Source: Mustelus asterias (lineage: Eukaryota). Taken from it: a stretch of 64,000 nt of DNA. The notes beneath the pieces were generated by a model that searched no databases, was not told the origin of the DNA, and saw only the letters and a program-made list of their open reading frames with translations. Location: positions 1 through 64,000 of the forward strand of contig NW_027590192.1 of NCBI RefSeq assembly GCF_964213995.1, in the 5' to 3' direction. Positions 37,020-50,699 of the stretch are shown piece after piece (the first letter of the stretch is position 1; the number at the start of each line of letters is the position of its first letter). Position numbers and translations under genes: made by a program.

Positions 37020-38243
37020 CAACATCTTTCTAACTTGATTGATTCTATTGAGGAGCTGACAAGGGTGACCATTGAGGGTAGAGCAGTGGATGTTGTGTAC
37101 ATGGATTTTAGTGAGGCTTTCAACAAGGTCCCTCATGGTCGGCTCATCCAGAAGATTAAGATGCATGGGATTCACGGTGACTTGGCCGCTTGGATTCAGA
37201 ATTGATTTGCCCATAGAAGTCAGAAAATAGTGGTGGAGGGTGTTTTTCTGACTGGAGGTCCGTGACGAGTGGTGTTCTGCAGGGATCCGTACTGGGACCT
37301 GCGCTATTTGGGATACATATAAATGACTTGGATGAAAACGTGGATGGGTGGGTTAGTAAGTTTGCAGACAACACAAAGCTAGATGGAGTTGTAGATAATG
37401 TAGAAGGTTGTCAAAGGATACAGTGGGATGTAGATCAGCTGCAGATATGAGCGCAGAAATGGCAGATGGAGTTTAATCCGGGCAAGTGTGAGGTGCTGCA
37501 CTTTGGGAGATCAAATGTTAAGGGTAAGTATCCAGTTAATGGCAGACCCCTGAACAGCAATGATCTTGGGGTTCAAGTCCAGAGCTCCCTGAAATTGGTC
37601 ACACCAGTAGATAGGTGGTAAAGAAGGCAGATGGCATGCTTGCCTTTATTGAGTCTGACATCCTTTATTCAGGATGTCATGTTGCAGCTTTATAAAACCT
37701 TGGTTAGACCGCACTTAGAATCGTGCATTCAATTCTGTTTGCTACATTACAGGAAGGATGCAAAGGATTTGGAGAGGGTGCAGAAGATGTTTACCAGGAT
37801 GCTGCCTGGATTGGAGGGGATGAGCTATAATGAGAGGCTGGACAAACTAGGGTTGTTTTCTCTGAAACTGCAGAGATTGAGGGTAGAGCTGATTGAAGTC
37901 TATAAAATTATGAGAGACAGAGATAGGGTTGACAGTCAGAATCTTTTTCCCCAGAGTTAAAATTTCTAATACTAGGGGGCATGCACTTCAGGTGGGAGGG
38001 GGAAAGTTCAAAGGAGATGTGAGGGGCAAGTTTTTCCTTTACACAGAGAGTGGTCGTGTCTGGAACACGCTGCAGCACAGGTGGTGGAGGCAGATACGAT
38101 AGGGGCGTTTAGATAAACACATAAATATGCAAGGAATATGGACCAAGGGCAGGCAGAACGGATAAGTTTAATTTGGCATCATGTTCGACCCAACATCGTG
38201 GGCTGAAGGGTCTGTTCCTGTGCTGTACTGTTCTATGTTCTAT
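37020..38243 (+). mobile_element. CR1 RT/3' fragment (pre-duplication; paralogue 57390-58700)
   Basis: YMDFSEAFNKVPH, GVLQGSVLGP, ttctatgttctat tail. Confidence 0.9.
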
Positions 38244-38325
38244 TGTGATCTCCATTTAGATTAAGGAAATAAAGGCACTGGAGAAGGGGCAAGAAAGATT
38301 CACAAGAATAATCCCAGAACTGTAA

Positions 38326-39251
38326 TCACTTGTGAACTCGCTGGTGTTTCACCAAGTTTGCTGACCGAGTGAATCCCTTCCCACAGTCAGAGCAGGTGAA
38401 CAGTCTCTGCCCAGTGTGAACTCGCTGATGTACCCGTAGGTTGCATGACTGAGCGAATCCCTTCCCACAGTCAGAGCAGGTGAACGGTCACTCCCCAGTG
38501 TGAATGCACTGGTGGGTAATCAGTTCATGAGAGCTTTTGAAGCCACTCCCACAGTCAGAACATTTAAAGGGTCTCTCCTGGGTGTGAGTGAGATTGTGTC
38601 TGCGGAGGCTGGAGAACTGAGTAAATCCTTTCACACACACCGAGCAGCTGAATGGTCTCTCCCTGGTGTGAACTCGCTGATGGTTCAGCAATGCTGAAGA
38701 TATTCTAAACCTCTTTGTGCAGTGAGAGCAGCTGAACGGTCTCTCCTCAGTGTGAATGCGCTGGTGGACGATCAGTTTCTGAGAGCTTTTGAAGCCATTC
38801 CCACAGTCAGAGCATTCAAAGGGTCTCTCATTGGTATGAATGACTCGGTGTGTCTTCAGGCTGGATGACTGAGTGAATCCCTTCCCACACACAGAGCAGG
38901 TGAACGGTCTCTCCCAGTGTGAACTCGCTGGTGAATCTGCAGGTTGGATGAAGTTCTAAATTTCTTTGTGCAGTGAGAGCAGCTGAACGGTCTGTCCTCA
39001 GTGTGAATGCGCTGGTGCATCATCAGTACCTGAGAGCTTTTAAAACCACTCCCACAGTCACAGCATTTAAATGGTCTCTCATTGGTATGAGTGAGATTGT
39101 GTTTCTGCAGGCTGGATAACTGAGTGAATCCCTTCCCACACACAGAGCAGGTGAACGGCCTCTCCCCAGTGTGACTGCGTTGATGAATTTCCAGCCGAGA
39201 TGGGGATATGAATCCCTTCCCACAGTCCCCACATTTCCACGGTTTCTCCAT
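38326..39251 (-). pseudogene. C2H2 ZNF probable pseudogene (about 11 fingers), paralogue of 59164-60537
   Basis: 1-nt deletion at ~38912 after finger 4, in-frame TGA at 38488-38490; promoter missing beyond 41620. Confidence 0.8.
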
Positions 39252-40549
39252 GGTGCGGGTGTCCTTGTGACTCTCCAGGTTAAACAATCAGTTAAATCTC
39301 ACACAGAACACGGGTACAGTCTCTCCCCACTGTGAATGCTGTGATGCACTTTCAGGCTGTGTAACTGGTTAAAGCTCTTTCCACACTCAGTGCACTGGAA
39401 CACTCTCACTCGGGTGTGTGTATCTCAGTGCATTTCTCGTCACAGCGATGTTTACAATCTTTTGAAGCCAAGAGGCCAAACAAACATTTCTCCTGTTAGA
39501 TTCAAAGGCCGATGATATTCAGGTCCCAAGAAATCGAGTCACTCTGTCAGATCTCGATGTGATGTTGGAGATTTCTGTCTGATTTCTCCTTGTCTAATAT
39601 CCTGTAAGTCAATTTAGAAAAAACATCGCAATTCAGAATATGATCGAAATTCAAATCTACATTTCTAGTTCATGGAGCATTCATTAAAGACACAGTCATG
39701 GAGCATTAAACCTGCCCAGCAGGGCCTCCCGTATCAGCACACAGGCAGCTGCTTTGTGAGACTGCCAGCAGTACAGACAAGTCAGAGATAAGGGTGGCCT
39801 CAGAAGTGGGATTCATTGTGAAAGCTCAGGGACGGTTGATAAGATGCAGCAATTCTATGATTCTAATGAACATTCTTTCCCCTCTCATTCCCCAAAAGCT
39901 GTGAATCTCCATCCCACACACTCTCCCTCCATTCTCACTCTGCTGTATCTAATATTCACCCTCCCAATTCTCCTGAAGGTGCTGATTGAGGCTGATTGAC
40001 AGATCCATGTTCACTGCTTCCTGTCCAGCACAGAAATCAGAACAAATAGGAGCTGCAGTCAGCATTCGGCCCATCGAATCTGCTCAACCATTCATTGAGA
40101 TTATTGGTTGATCTACCTCTGCATTATTTTCCCCACACTGTCCCCCATATCCATCGATATCTTCAATATCTAGAAACCTATCAATCCCTCTCTTGAAAAT
40201 TCTTGATGACTGAGGCTCTATAGTCCTCTGGGGTAGAGAATCCAAAACATCACCACATCCTTGAGTGAAGAAATCCTTCCTCATCTGAGCTTTCTCTCCA
40301 TTTTCCAGCCTGTTCCCAATAATTATTGACTCCCTTGTCATTCAAAAACTGTCCAACTCATCCTTGAATATATTCAATCCCTCCACTGGTCCCTATGGAA
40401 GAGAAATCTAGATATTAACAATTCTCTGAGGGAAGAGATTGTTGGAAATATATAATATAGCTGCAGTCCAAAATTACACAGCCAGATATAATAAGTGTAT
40501 TTTATTACAGAGCTATAAATAATATATCGAACCATATAACAACAGGGGA

Positions 40550-40935
40550 GCGGATAGCCTCGCGGTATTATCGCTAGACTATTAATCCAGAAACTTAGCT
40601 GATGTTCTGGGGGACCCGGTTCGAATCCCACCATGGCAGATGGTGGAATTTGAATTTAAAAACAAAATCTAGAATTAAGAATCTACTGATGACCATGAAA
40701 TCATTGTCGATTGACCAGAAAAACCCATCTGGTTCATTAATGTGCTTTAGGGAAGGAAATCTGCCGTCCTTACCCAGTCTGGCCTACATGTGACTCCAGA
40801 GCCACAGCAATGTGGTTGACTCTCAACCAGCCTCTGAAATGGCCTAGCGAGCCATTCAGTTCAAGGGCAAATCGGGATGGGCAATAAATGTTGGCCCAGC
40901 CTGCAATGCCCGTGTCCCAAGGATGAATAAAAAAC
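40550..40935 (+). mobile_element. near full-length SacSINE1-like SINE
   Basis: B box ggttcgaatccc, conserved core, gaataaaaaa end. Confidence 0.75.
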
Positions 40936-41619
40936 ACCATCAGACACGTCTCTGTCCGATATTAGTTTACTGTCCCCTTTAATATATTTCAGAAATTAGA
41001 TGGGCACATGAAGGAAATAAAGTTGTCGGAGGAAAGGAAATATAGAAAGGAATGGGACTGACTGGATTCTTCTACAGAGAGTCGGCATGGATTCGAGTTA
41101 CTGAATGGACTCCTTCTGCGCTGTAATGACTCGATGAGTGGAAATATATCACATAGCTTCAGTGTTACATTACAAGATGAGAAATAATAATAAACGTACT
41201 TTGTTACAGAACCATAAATAATATATCAAATCTACAATGTAACAACACTAAGCATATCTCTGCCCTATATTAATTTATTGTTCTCTTAAATGTCAGCCTT
41301 CTCCTGGGGAAACCAGCCCTTTAATTGTGAACATTCGGAAAGGGACCATCCTTTTAGCCAGACAAATCAATGTGTCAAGCTGAGGGAGCAAAGGATGTCA
41401 ATGTCTTTAAGTCAGAGAGAGGGGGACCTGAGCCAACCTTTCCAGAGTCTGCAGCCTCCCTGGATTCACTCCCTTTCCCTTCAGTTGCTGCAAGTCCCTA
41501 ATTTCCCCCAGAATGAGAAAAGAAATGGAAAGGGGGATAAAAGAATGTGTTTTACTCACAGATGTGGGGGACAGAAGGAAGTTTGAGTCTGTCTGTACTC
41601 AATATTCATTCAGAGAGAC

Positions 41620-43207
41620 CTCTTTTTAGGTCAAACCAAACCAAGTAAACAAACTCAGATTAAATCAGGACAAAGTAAAAGGGGCAGCTCCCCAAAAAGG
41701 AGGGGGAACAGCCCGAACAGAAATCAAAATACAAAGGAAACTTAAAAACATCAAATTAAAATGTGATTATTAGGGTCAATAATGCACCCCAACCCCTGCG
41801 GTGCCCAGCGGGCGCGGAAGGCGTCAACCTCGCCCGTGGACACCACATGCTCCCTCTCCAGGGACACCTGGCCGCGAACGTAGCCGCGGTAGAGGGGAAG
41901 ACAGTCAGGATGGACGGCCCCCTCGATCGCCCGCAGCCTGGACCGGTAAATGGCGCATTTCGCCAGGCCCAGGAGCAGGTTCACGAGGAGGTCGCCATCC
42001 CGACCCTCCCCTCTCCGCACCGGGTGTCCGTAGATCAGGAGCGTGGGACTGAAGTGCAGACAAAACATCAACAAAAGGTTCTTTAGGAAAACAGAAAGGG
42101 AGTGCAGCCTAAGACACTCAACATAGACATGGTCCACGGACTCCACAAGGCCGCAGAAAGGGCAGTCTTCGGAGCCCGTGAACCAGTGAATCCTACGGTT
42201 GTGCGGAACTGCTGCATGCATCACCCTCCACCCCAGGTCCCCGACGTAATTGGGGGAGATCCCTCCGTAGAGGGACCTCCACTGAGGACCTCCACTGCCC
42301 GGCAGCAACAAGGCCCGCCAAGGTGTATCCGGGCGACAGGCGAGGAGGCAGTAGTGGAGGGTGTGCAGCAGCAGCCCGCACAGGAAACGCCTCTGCGCGG
42401 TAGAAAAAGGCACGGATGACATTTCCGCGAGGCGGCTCAGGCTGTGGGGCACCTCACCCAGGGGAGGGGGCTGAGGCTTTGGGCCAATGCGGAATTCCGC
42501 CCGAACAGGGGAACGCTCGGGCGGGATTCCACCGCAAGCATGTGCCGCCTCAAGACCGCGTGCACTTTTGGGGCCGAGCATGACCGTCCTAAGGTCTTGG
42601 ATGGCTTTGGCTTTGGACACCCCCGCGCGCTCAGCACGTCCCCGATTCTGGTCACCCCGGCGTCCACAGCCCTCCTCTCCGCCAGCCACCTGAAGTTATA
42701 CGGCTGGAGGAGCGGATTCCTGAGCAGCGGCTCTCGCACGAGAGCCGCTACTCCTGACGGGGGAGAGCTGCGTCGCGAGTCGACCGTGTTCCAGACAGTG
42801 AGGAGGTCCTGGTAAAAGACGGGCAACTCCTGCAGGGCGGTCGAAGCACGCCCCAGTTCGATATGCAGGAGCTGCACGTCATAATTGAGGCCGTGCCACT
42901 GGCGGAAGAAATACGTCGCCATGGCACACCACTGTGGAGGGGGCTCAACGTAAAGGTACCTCTGCAGGGCCTGGAGGCGGAAGGTCGCTATCTGAGTGCG
43001 GAGGCACACCAGACCTTGTTCGCCCTCCCCAAGTGGGAGATGCAGAACCACGGCAGGGACCCAGTGCAGTCGATTGTCCCAGAAGAACCGCAGGAGGGTT
43101 CTCTGGATATTGGCTACAAAGCCAGGGGGAGGGGTCAAAGGGACCAGCCGGGACCACAGCATGGAGGCGAACACCTGGTTTATGACGAGAACCCGCGCCC
43201 GTGAATG
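41620..43207 (-). mobile_element. 5'-truncated Tx1/L1-clade LINE (RT C-terminus, CCHC zinc domain, 3' UTR)
   Basis: RVLVINQVFASMLWSRL, FFWD, LPLGEGEQGL, DLGWRVMH, CPFCGLVESVDHVYVEC; GC-rich; 3' end ...taaaaagag. Confidence 0.85.
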
Positions 43208-43544
43208 GTCACAAACACTCACCTCTGAAAGAATTTAACTGATTTTAATATTAAAATCTCCTGCTGGAGCCTGCAGCTGGAAAGATATCAGAAGCACTGG
43301 AGTCAGAGAAAAATCTCCCAGTTGAGCAAATCCCCGGGGAGCAGGGGTGATGTCACTGTGCAATTGTAAGTATGTGATGAGATCACAGACAGGAACACAG
43401 AATACCTGGGTCTGTGCAAACCAGTGATCACCACACATTATGGAGGATGTGAGGCTCCTTGACCAGGTGCAGAGGAGATTTATCAAAGTGGTTCCAGGGA
43501 TGAGGAATTATAGTTCCAATGTTAGGCTGGATAACTTGGGGTTG

Positions 43545-45195
43545 TTTGTCTCGTCACTGGACGCAGGTGAGGTCCCAGAGGATTGGAGGATAGCTAATGT
43601 GGTCCCGTTATTTAAGAAGGGTAGGAAGGATAACCCGGGTAATTATAGGCCGGTGAGCTTGACGTCCGTCGTGGGGAAGTTGTTGGAGAAGATTCTTAGA
43701 GATAGGATGTATGCGCATTTAGAAAGGAATAAACTCATTAACGATAGTCAGCATGGTTTTGTGAGAGGGAGGTCATGCCTCACTAACCTGGTGGAGTTTT
43801 TTGAAGAAGTGACCAGAATGGTTGACGAGGGAAGGGCCGTGGATGTCGTCTATATGGACTTTAGTAAAGCGTTTGACAAAGTCCCTCATGGTAGGCTGGT
43901 GAAAAGGGTTGGATCTCATGGGATAAAGGGGGAGGCGGCTAGATGGGTGGAGAACTGGTTTGGTCACAGAAGACAGAGGGTCTTTTTCCGGCTGGAGGCC
44001 TGTGACTAGTGGTGTTCCGCAGGGCTCTGTATTGGGACCTCTGCTGTTTGTGATTTATATAAACGATCTGGAAGAAGGTGTAACTGGGGTGATTAGTAAG
44101 TTTGTGGATGACACAAAATTGGCAGGACTTGCAGATAGTGAGGAACATTGTCAGAGGCTACAGAAGGATATAGATAGGCTGGAAATTTGGGCAAAGAAAT
44201 GGCAGATGGAGTTCAATCCTGATAAATGCGAAGTGATGCATTTTGGTAGAAATAATGTAAGGAGAAGCTATACGATAAATGGCAGAACCATAAAGGGTGT
44301 AGATATGCAGAGGGACCTGGGTGTGCAAGTCCAGATCCTTGAAGGTGACGTCAAAGGTGGAGAAGGTGGTGAAGAAGGCATATGGCATGCTTGCCTTTAT
44401 AGGACGGGGCATAGAGTATAAAAGTTGGGGTCTGATGTTGCAGATGTATAGAACGTTGGTTCGGCCGCATTTGGAATACTGCGCCCAGTTCTGGTCGCCG
44501 CACTACCAGAAGGACGTGGAGGCTTTGGAGAGAGTACAGAGGAGGTTTACCAGGATGTTGCCTGGTATGGAGGGGCTTATCTATGTCCCTCTGTAACCTG
44601 CCACTTCCCTCCACACTGTCTACAACTCCACCGACTTTAGTGTCATCCGCAAATTTACTAATCCATCCTTCCACGCCCTCATCCAGGTCATTAATAAAAA
44701 TGACAAACAGCAGTGGCCCCAAAACAGATCCTTGCGGTACACCACGAGTAACTGAACTCCAGAATGAATATTTCCCATCAACCACCTTTGTTTTCTTACA
44801 GCTAGCCAATTCCTGATCCAAACCACTAAATCACCCTCAATCCCCTGTGTCTGTATTTTCTGCAAAAGCTTACCATGGGGAACATTATCAAATGCTTTGC
44901 TGAAATCCATATACACCACATCAACCGCTTTACCCTCAAACACCTCTTTGGTCACCTTCTCAAAGAACTCAATAAGGTTTGTGAGGCACGACCTACCCTT
45001 CACAAAACCGTGCTGACTATCCCTAATCAAATTATTCCTTTCTCGGTGATTATAAATCCTATCTCTTATAATCCTTTCCAATACTTTGCCCACAACAGAA
45101 GTAAGGCTCACTGGTCTATAATTACCAGGGTTGTCCCTACTCCCCTTCATGAACAAAGGGACAACATTTGCTATCTTCCAGTCTTCTGGCACTGT
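43545..45195. mobile_element. two CR1 RT fragments fused convergently at ~44580 (+ then -)
   Basis: PEDWRIANVVPLFKKG...FVDD on +; PEDWKIANVVPLFMKG...FADD on -. Confidence 0.9.
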
Positions 45196-45836
45196 TCGGT
45201 GGTAAGATCTAAATCTGTGTATGACGCCAGGAAGCCTTAAGCCCAGAGTGAGAATATTTCAGAACCAGGATTCAAAATACATGGCTGTGGAGGGTGAATT
45301 CACCCTCAAAAGGGCCGTGGAAATTCTGTCATGGGTGGAACTACTGGAAGAAAAATCACCCTGTACATGGGAGAGACAGAAACTATGAGGACCATCTCCT
45401 CCAATCACAGATTCTGTCTCTCCCGATGTTGCTACATCTGCAGAGACAGAGTCGCAAATTGGAGGAACAGCTTTGCCACCTATTTTGAGAAAGGAAGGTC
45501 ACTGACTCAGCAGCCTGTCTGTGATGTGTGGAGGAGTTGTGTCTTCCTGCTATAAAACTAGTTTCATAGCAATGTGAACCTCAAAAGGAATGATCCAACC
45601 ATTGACAGCACGGAGCTTTCCCCATTCTGCTGAACATTATTTTTCTATATCTCAGTAGGTGGGGTGTACAGCTCAGGAATTTGAGTAACCAGGTATTCTG
45701 AACTTACTTACAATCACTAGGGTCATCACATAGAAATTAGATACATTCATCCAGGTTCATTACCTGAGAATGAACAAAATGCAGTCCTGGATGTAATTGA
45801 GAGCAGAAACAATAACAGCAGAATCCAACCCTGGAA

Positions 45837-46331
45837 TCACTCGTGAACTTGTTGGTGCCTCAGCAGGGCAGATGAAGCTCTGAAACCCTTCCCACACTGA
45901 GAGCAGGTGAATGGCTTCTCCCCAGTGTGAACTCGCAGGTGGGATGACCGAGTGAATCCCTCCCCACATTGAGAGCAGGTGAACGGTTTCTCCCCAGTGT
46001 GAACTCGCTGGTGTGTCTGCAGGTTGGATAACTGACTGAATCCCTTCCCACACTGAGAGCAGGTGAACGGTCTCCCCCCAGTGTGAACTCGCTGGTGTCT
46101 CTGCAGGTGGGATAACTGAGTGAATCCTTCCCCACACTGAGAGCAGGTGAACGGCCTCTCCCCAGTGTGAACTCGCTGGTGTATCTGCAGGCTGGATAAC
46201 TGAGTAAACCCTTTCCCACAATCAGAGCAGGTGAATGGTCTCTCCCCAGTGTGGCTGCGGCGATGAGTTTCTAGCAGAGATGGGTAATTGAATCCCTTCC
46301 CACAGTCCCCACATTTCCACAGTTTCTCCAT
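45837..46331 (-). CDS. short C2H2 zinc-finger protein, 6 fingers (finger 5 has an in-frame 12-bp deletion removing a His)
   Basis: 164-aa ORF MEKLWKC...RSSHLRVH...; acceptor at ~46690; exon-1 donor 48215-48220. Confidence 0.8.
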   Translation of the reverse strand: MEKLWKCGDCGKGFNYPSLLETHRRSHTGERPFTCSDCGKGFTQLSSLQIHQRVHTGERPFTCSQCGEGFTQLSHLQRHQRVHTGGRPFTCSQCGKGFSQLSNLQTHQRVHTGEKPFTCSQCGEGFTRSSHLRVHTGEKPFTCSQCGKGFRASSALLRHQQVHE

Positions 46332-47237
46332 GGTGCGGGTGTCCTTGTGACTCTCCAGGTTAAACTATTAGTTCAATCTCACACAGAACACGGGTACAGT
46401 CTCTCCCCACTGTGGATGCTGCGATGTATTTTCAGGCTGTGTAACTGTTTAAAGCTCTTTCCACAGTCAGTGCACTGGAACACTCTCACTCGGGTATATG
46501 TGTGTCACGGCATTTTTCCAGTCACATTTATGCAAAAAGAAAGTCTGAAGCAGACAGAACAGAAAAATATTTCTCCTTTTAGATTGAAAGGCCGATGGTA
46601 TTCACGTCCAGATGAACTGAATGACTGTCAGAATTTGACATGACATTTGTTCGAGATTTCTGTCTGTCAATCCTCACCACCTCATATTCTGTGAAAGGAG
46701 TTTACAAAAGTCATCACAGTCAGCACAGATTAGAAATTCAGAACAGACAATTCTAGTTTCTATGGAACATTGTTTCCTCTCTCATTCCCCAAAAGCTGTG
46801 AATCTCCATCCCACACACTCTCCCTCCATTCTCACTCTGCTGTATCTAATATTCACCCTCCCAATTCTCCTGAAGGTGCTGATTGAGGCTGATTGACAGA
46901 TCCATGCTCACTGCTTCCTGCCCTGGACACAGAGAGCTGAAAATCTCCATGCAGGCGGCCAGACAGATATATGTCTCTATTACGGGCCTAAAAATATGTT
47001 TAATGGATAGAATTGTTTCAGTTGGCTAAGATACAGGGGGCTACAATTGATCATGATCTTGAACTACTTGTGAGGGTGTCCAAGCAGAGATGATCAATAA
47101 CTTGGAAATGAAATTGGAGGTGCTGCAGAATGGGATCCACTCGACACTGACAGAAAGTCGGCATTGACCCAAATGGTCCAATGGACTCCTTCTGTGCTGT
47201 AATGACTCTATTACTGGAAATATATCCCGTAGCTACA

Positions 47238-47832
47238 TGTTAGGGCTCAGGTTAGAAACTCCAAAATGTTTTATGGAACCGGCCTGAATCATACGTTTTA
47301 CATCTTGAATTTGGCATGAAATGTTTCACTTCAGGTATGATTCAAATGACCCACCTTTTCACAAAGTTTACTTAAGAATATAGTTAACATGTTTCGTAAG
47401 AAAATTAGCAAGAACTTTTAGCAATTACAAACAAAACAAAACAACCAAGATAATGCCTAACCCATCAACAGCAGAATATTTTCTTCAGGAAGGCAAGACC
47501 TTGCTTTCAGATAACCAACGGAATTTCCAAATAAAACAGGGGAGAGAAAGCGAGAGAGACGTCTCTTTTCAGCGTGATGCCCCTTCTAAAACTAAACTGC
47601 ATCTCAGAAGTGAAAATGAAAGAACTTCTGTCACCTGACCTGCAACCAGTTTTTTATCCACAAATCCCAAAGTAAAAACAAACAACCTCTATATAAGCCA
47701 CTTAAGGAGCAAATAAAGGACTCTTTGTAGACAAGCCGGTGCCATAATGTAAAAAAAACTGAAAGGTTTATTTACAACAGCAGGATCATGATTTTGAGAT
47801 TAAAAAATTCGTAAAGAAACACTAATGTCACA
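47238..47832. mobile_element. solo-LTR-like insertion in ZNF intron 1
   Basis: TGTTA...TCACA ends; empty site at ~41160; shares tgtttcactYcaggtaYgattcaaRtgacccac with 27430. Confidence 0.6.
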
Positions 47833-48214
47833 CGACCGTACGATATTACAGATTAGAAATAATAATAAATGTACATTACTGCAGAACCATACATGTCTAA
47901 TCTTGCCATATGACAATACTGAACATATCTCTAATCTATATTAATTTACAGTCCCCTTAAATGTCAGATATTTCCTGGGGAAACCAGCCCTTTAATTGTG
48001 AACATTAGGAAAGGGACCTTTGAGCCAGACAAATCAATGTGTCAAGCTGAGGGAGCAAAGGATGTCAATGTCTTTAACAGAGAGAGACCTGGGCCAACCT
48101 TTCCAGAGTCTGCAGCCTCCCTGGATTCACTTCCTTTCCCTTCAGTTGCTGCAAGTCCCCAATTTCCCCCAGAATGAGAAAAGAAATGGAAAGGTGGAGA
48201 AAACAAAGTGTTTT

Positions 48215-48829
48215 ACTCACAGATGTTGGAACAGGAGGAAGTTTCAGTCTGTCTGATGCCCTATCTTCATTCACGCAAAAAAGCCACGCTCCGATTGGCT
48301 GGGAAACCTGAGGCCTTCCGGTCCTCCAACTCTTCTCATTGGCCAGAGCTAGACAGTGAATCAAAAATGCGCATGTGCGAGTTTTTAGGGTAAATGCGCA
48401 TGTGCGGGTGTGGGGCGGGGCCCGGACAAAGCCGGCGCACTGACCATTGTCTGTCCGGGTCTTCCAGCCTTTCCCCTTGGACAACAGCTCAGCGCGGCTG
48501 GAGGGCAAAGTCCCGCCCACCCCCACGTGGGGCTCCGCCCCTCATTGTCTGTCTGCGGGGGATTGACCAATGGGAACTCTGGAGGACCGGAAGGACTCTG
48601 CTCCGGTCCTGCCTCTCACAGGCTCTGGCCAATGGGCATCCTGGAGGACCGGAAGGACTCCAGCCTCCAGCCAATCAACGCTCCTCCATTGTCTGAATGC
48701 GGAAGTGGACAATGAGCTTGTTCAGCTGCTCATTCCTGCCCAGCAAAACTAACTGCTGCTCTCTCTCTGAATGAAGATTGAGCTTCAGACAGACTCAAAC
48801 TTCCTCCTGTCTCTCCAACATCTGTGAGT
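48215..48829. promoter_or_regulatory. bidirectional promoter and both first exons of divergent pair ZNF 45837(-)/ZNF 51593(+)
   Basis: Donors GTGAGT at 48215-48220 (-) and 48824-48829 (+); two TGCGCATGTGCG, CCAAT boxes, GC boxes, CGGAAGT. Confidence 0.8.
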
Positions 48830-48903
48830 AAAACACTTTCTTTACTCCCCCCTTCCATTCCTTTTTTCATTCTGGGGGGAAACTGTTGACTTGCAGCAAC
48901 TGA

Positions 48904-50699
48904 TCACGAGAAATAGAAGCAGGAGTGGCCACCAGGCCCTTCTGGCTGATCTGTGCCGGCTTCAACTCCTTTTGTGTGCCTTTTCCCATAGCCCTCTCCT
49001 CAATCTATCAACTATTTATCCACCTCCACTTTAAATACTTATCGTGGTCTAGCCTCCACCTGTGGGGGAGAGAATTCCAGAGATTCACCACCCTCTGGGG
49101 GAAGAAATTTCTGTGCACCTCAGTTTTAAATGACCGACCATTTAGCTTGTTCGAGACTTCCGCACTTGTAAAAATATCTCACCGTCTATCCTGTCAAGCC
49201 CCCCTCAGGATCTAATATTTCAATAAAGTCACCTCTTTGTCTTCAAAGCTTCAAGGAATACAGACCTAGACAATTTATTCTCTCTTGATAGGACAACCCT
49301 CTCACCCAGGAATTTGTCTGATGAATCTCCTTTGGACAACATCCAATGTTACTGTATCCTTGTTTAAGTAAAATCAAAACTACGCAGTATTCCAGGTGAG
49401 GCCTCACCAACACAACCCCCCTGTTTTTAAACTCCAACACCTTTGCAATAAAGGTCAAAATTCCATTTTTCTTCTTACCTGTTGTGGGACCTGCCTGCTA
49501 GCATTTTGTGATTCATGTGCAAGAACATCCAGATCCCTCTGTACTTCACTCACCTGCAGTGCCGTTCCATGTAGATAATCTCCCTTTTGATTTCTACATG
49601 ACCTCCCACTTCCCCACATTAAACTTCATTTGCCAGGTTTTCATCACAATCTATCTATATCCCACTGCAGAATCAAAATATCCTCATCACAACATGTCCT
49701 TCCACCTATCTTTGAATCATTTGGAAACCTTACATTCTGTTCCTTCCTCCAGGTCATTAATTGAATCATGAATTGCAGGCCAAGAACTGATCCAAGTGGT
49801 ACTCCACTAGTTACATCTTTCCACTCTGAAAATGACCCATTTATTCCAACTCTCTGTTTTCTATGTGACGGCCAGTTTTCAATCCATGCTAACACACTTG
49901 CACCAATTCCATGGACCTTTACTTTATGCACCAGCCTCTTATGTGGCGCCTTGTCAAATGCCTTTTGGAAATCATAGAACCCCTAGATTGCAGAAGGGGG
50001 TCATTTGGCCCATCGAGCCTGCACCAACTTTCCAACAGAGCATCTTTCCGAGGCCCTATCTCAACCCCACATTTTTACCCCACAATCCCCCGAATCTACA
50101 CATTTTAGAACATGAAGGGTCAATTTAGCATAGCCAATCAACCTAACTTGCATATCTTTGGAATGTAGAAGAAACCAGAGCACCCGAAGGAAACCTACTC
50201 AGACACGGGGAGAATGTGCAAATTCCACACAGACTGTCACCCAAGGCCGAAATTGAAGCTGCATCCCTCGCGCTGTGAAGCAACAGTGCTAACCACTGTG
50301 CCGCCTTACCACCCTATCTAAATACACTACATCTACAGATTGAACTCGATCTACTCTTCCTCTTGCATTCTCAAAGAAATCGAGCAAATTTGTTGAACAT
50401 GATTTATCTTTCCGAGAACCATGTTGCCTTAGTTTGATTATATTCAGCTTTCCTAAATGATTAGCTATTTCCTCTTTGATTATTGACTCCAGCTTCTTGC
50501 CAATAATAGATGTTAAATTAACTGGCCAATAGTTCCCTGCCTTCTCCCTTTTTGACCGAGGGAATCACATTGGCTGATTTCCAATCTTCTGATACTCTCC
50601 CGGAATCTAGCAAGTTAAGAAACATTTCAACAAAAATCTCCATTATCTCTCCAGGAACCACTTTTAAAAGTCTAGCGTGCAGTTCATTGGGTCCTGGCG
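48904..50699 (-). mobile_element. old CR1 in intron 1 with nested HE1-like SINE (49971-50305)
   Basis: ACTGA duplicated at 48899-48903 and 50700-50704; removing the element restores the intron cassette. Confidence 0.8.

Larger units (their letters stand above)
25170..41620. repeat. segmental duplication block A (paralogous to ~50750-62360)
   Basis: Collinear matches: 26740-27360/52360-52970; 28530-31570/53660-56695; 36930-38360/57300-58815; 39100-40770/60390-62050; 41300-41615/62050-62355. Confidence 0.9.

Noticed and set aside
48772-48823. Exon-1 peptide MKIELQTDSNFLL as an N-terminal effector domain
   Set aside because: Phase, ATG and stops differ among the five copies, and the downstream spacer has stops
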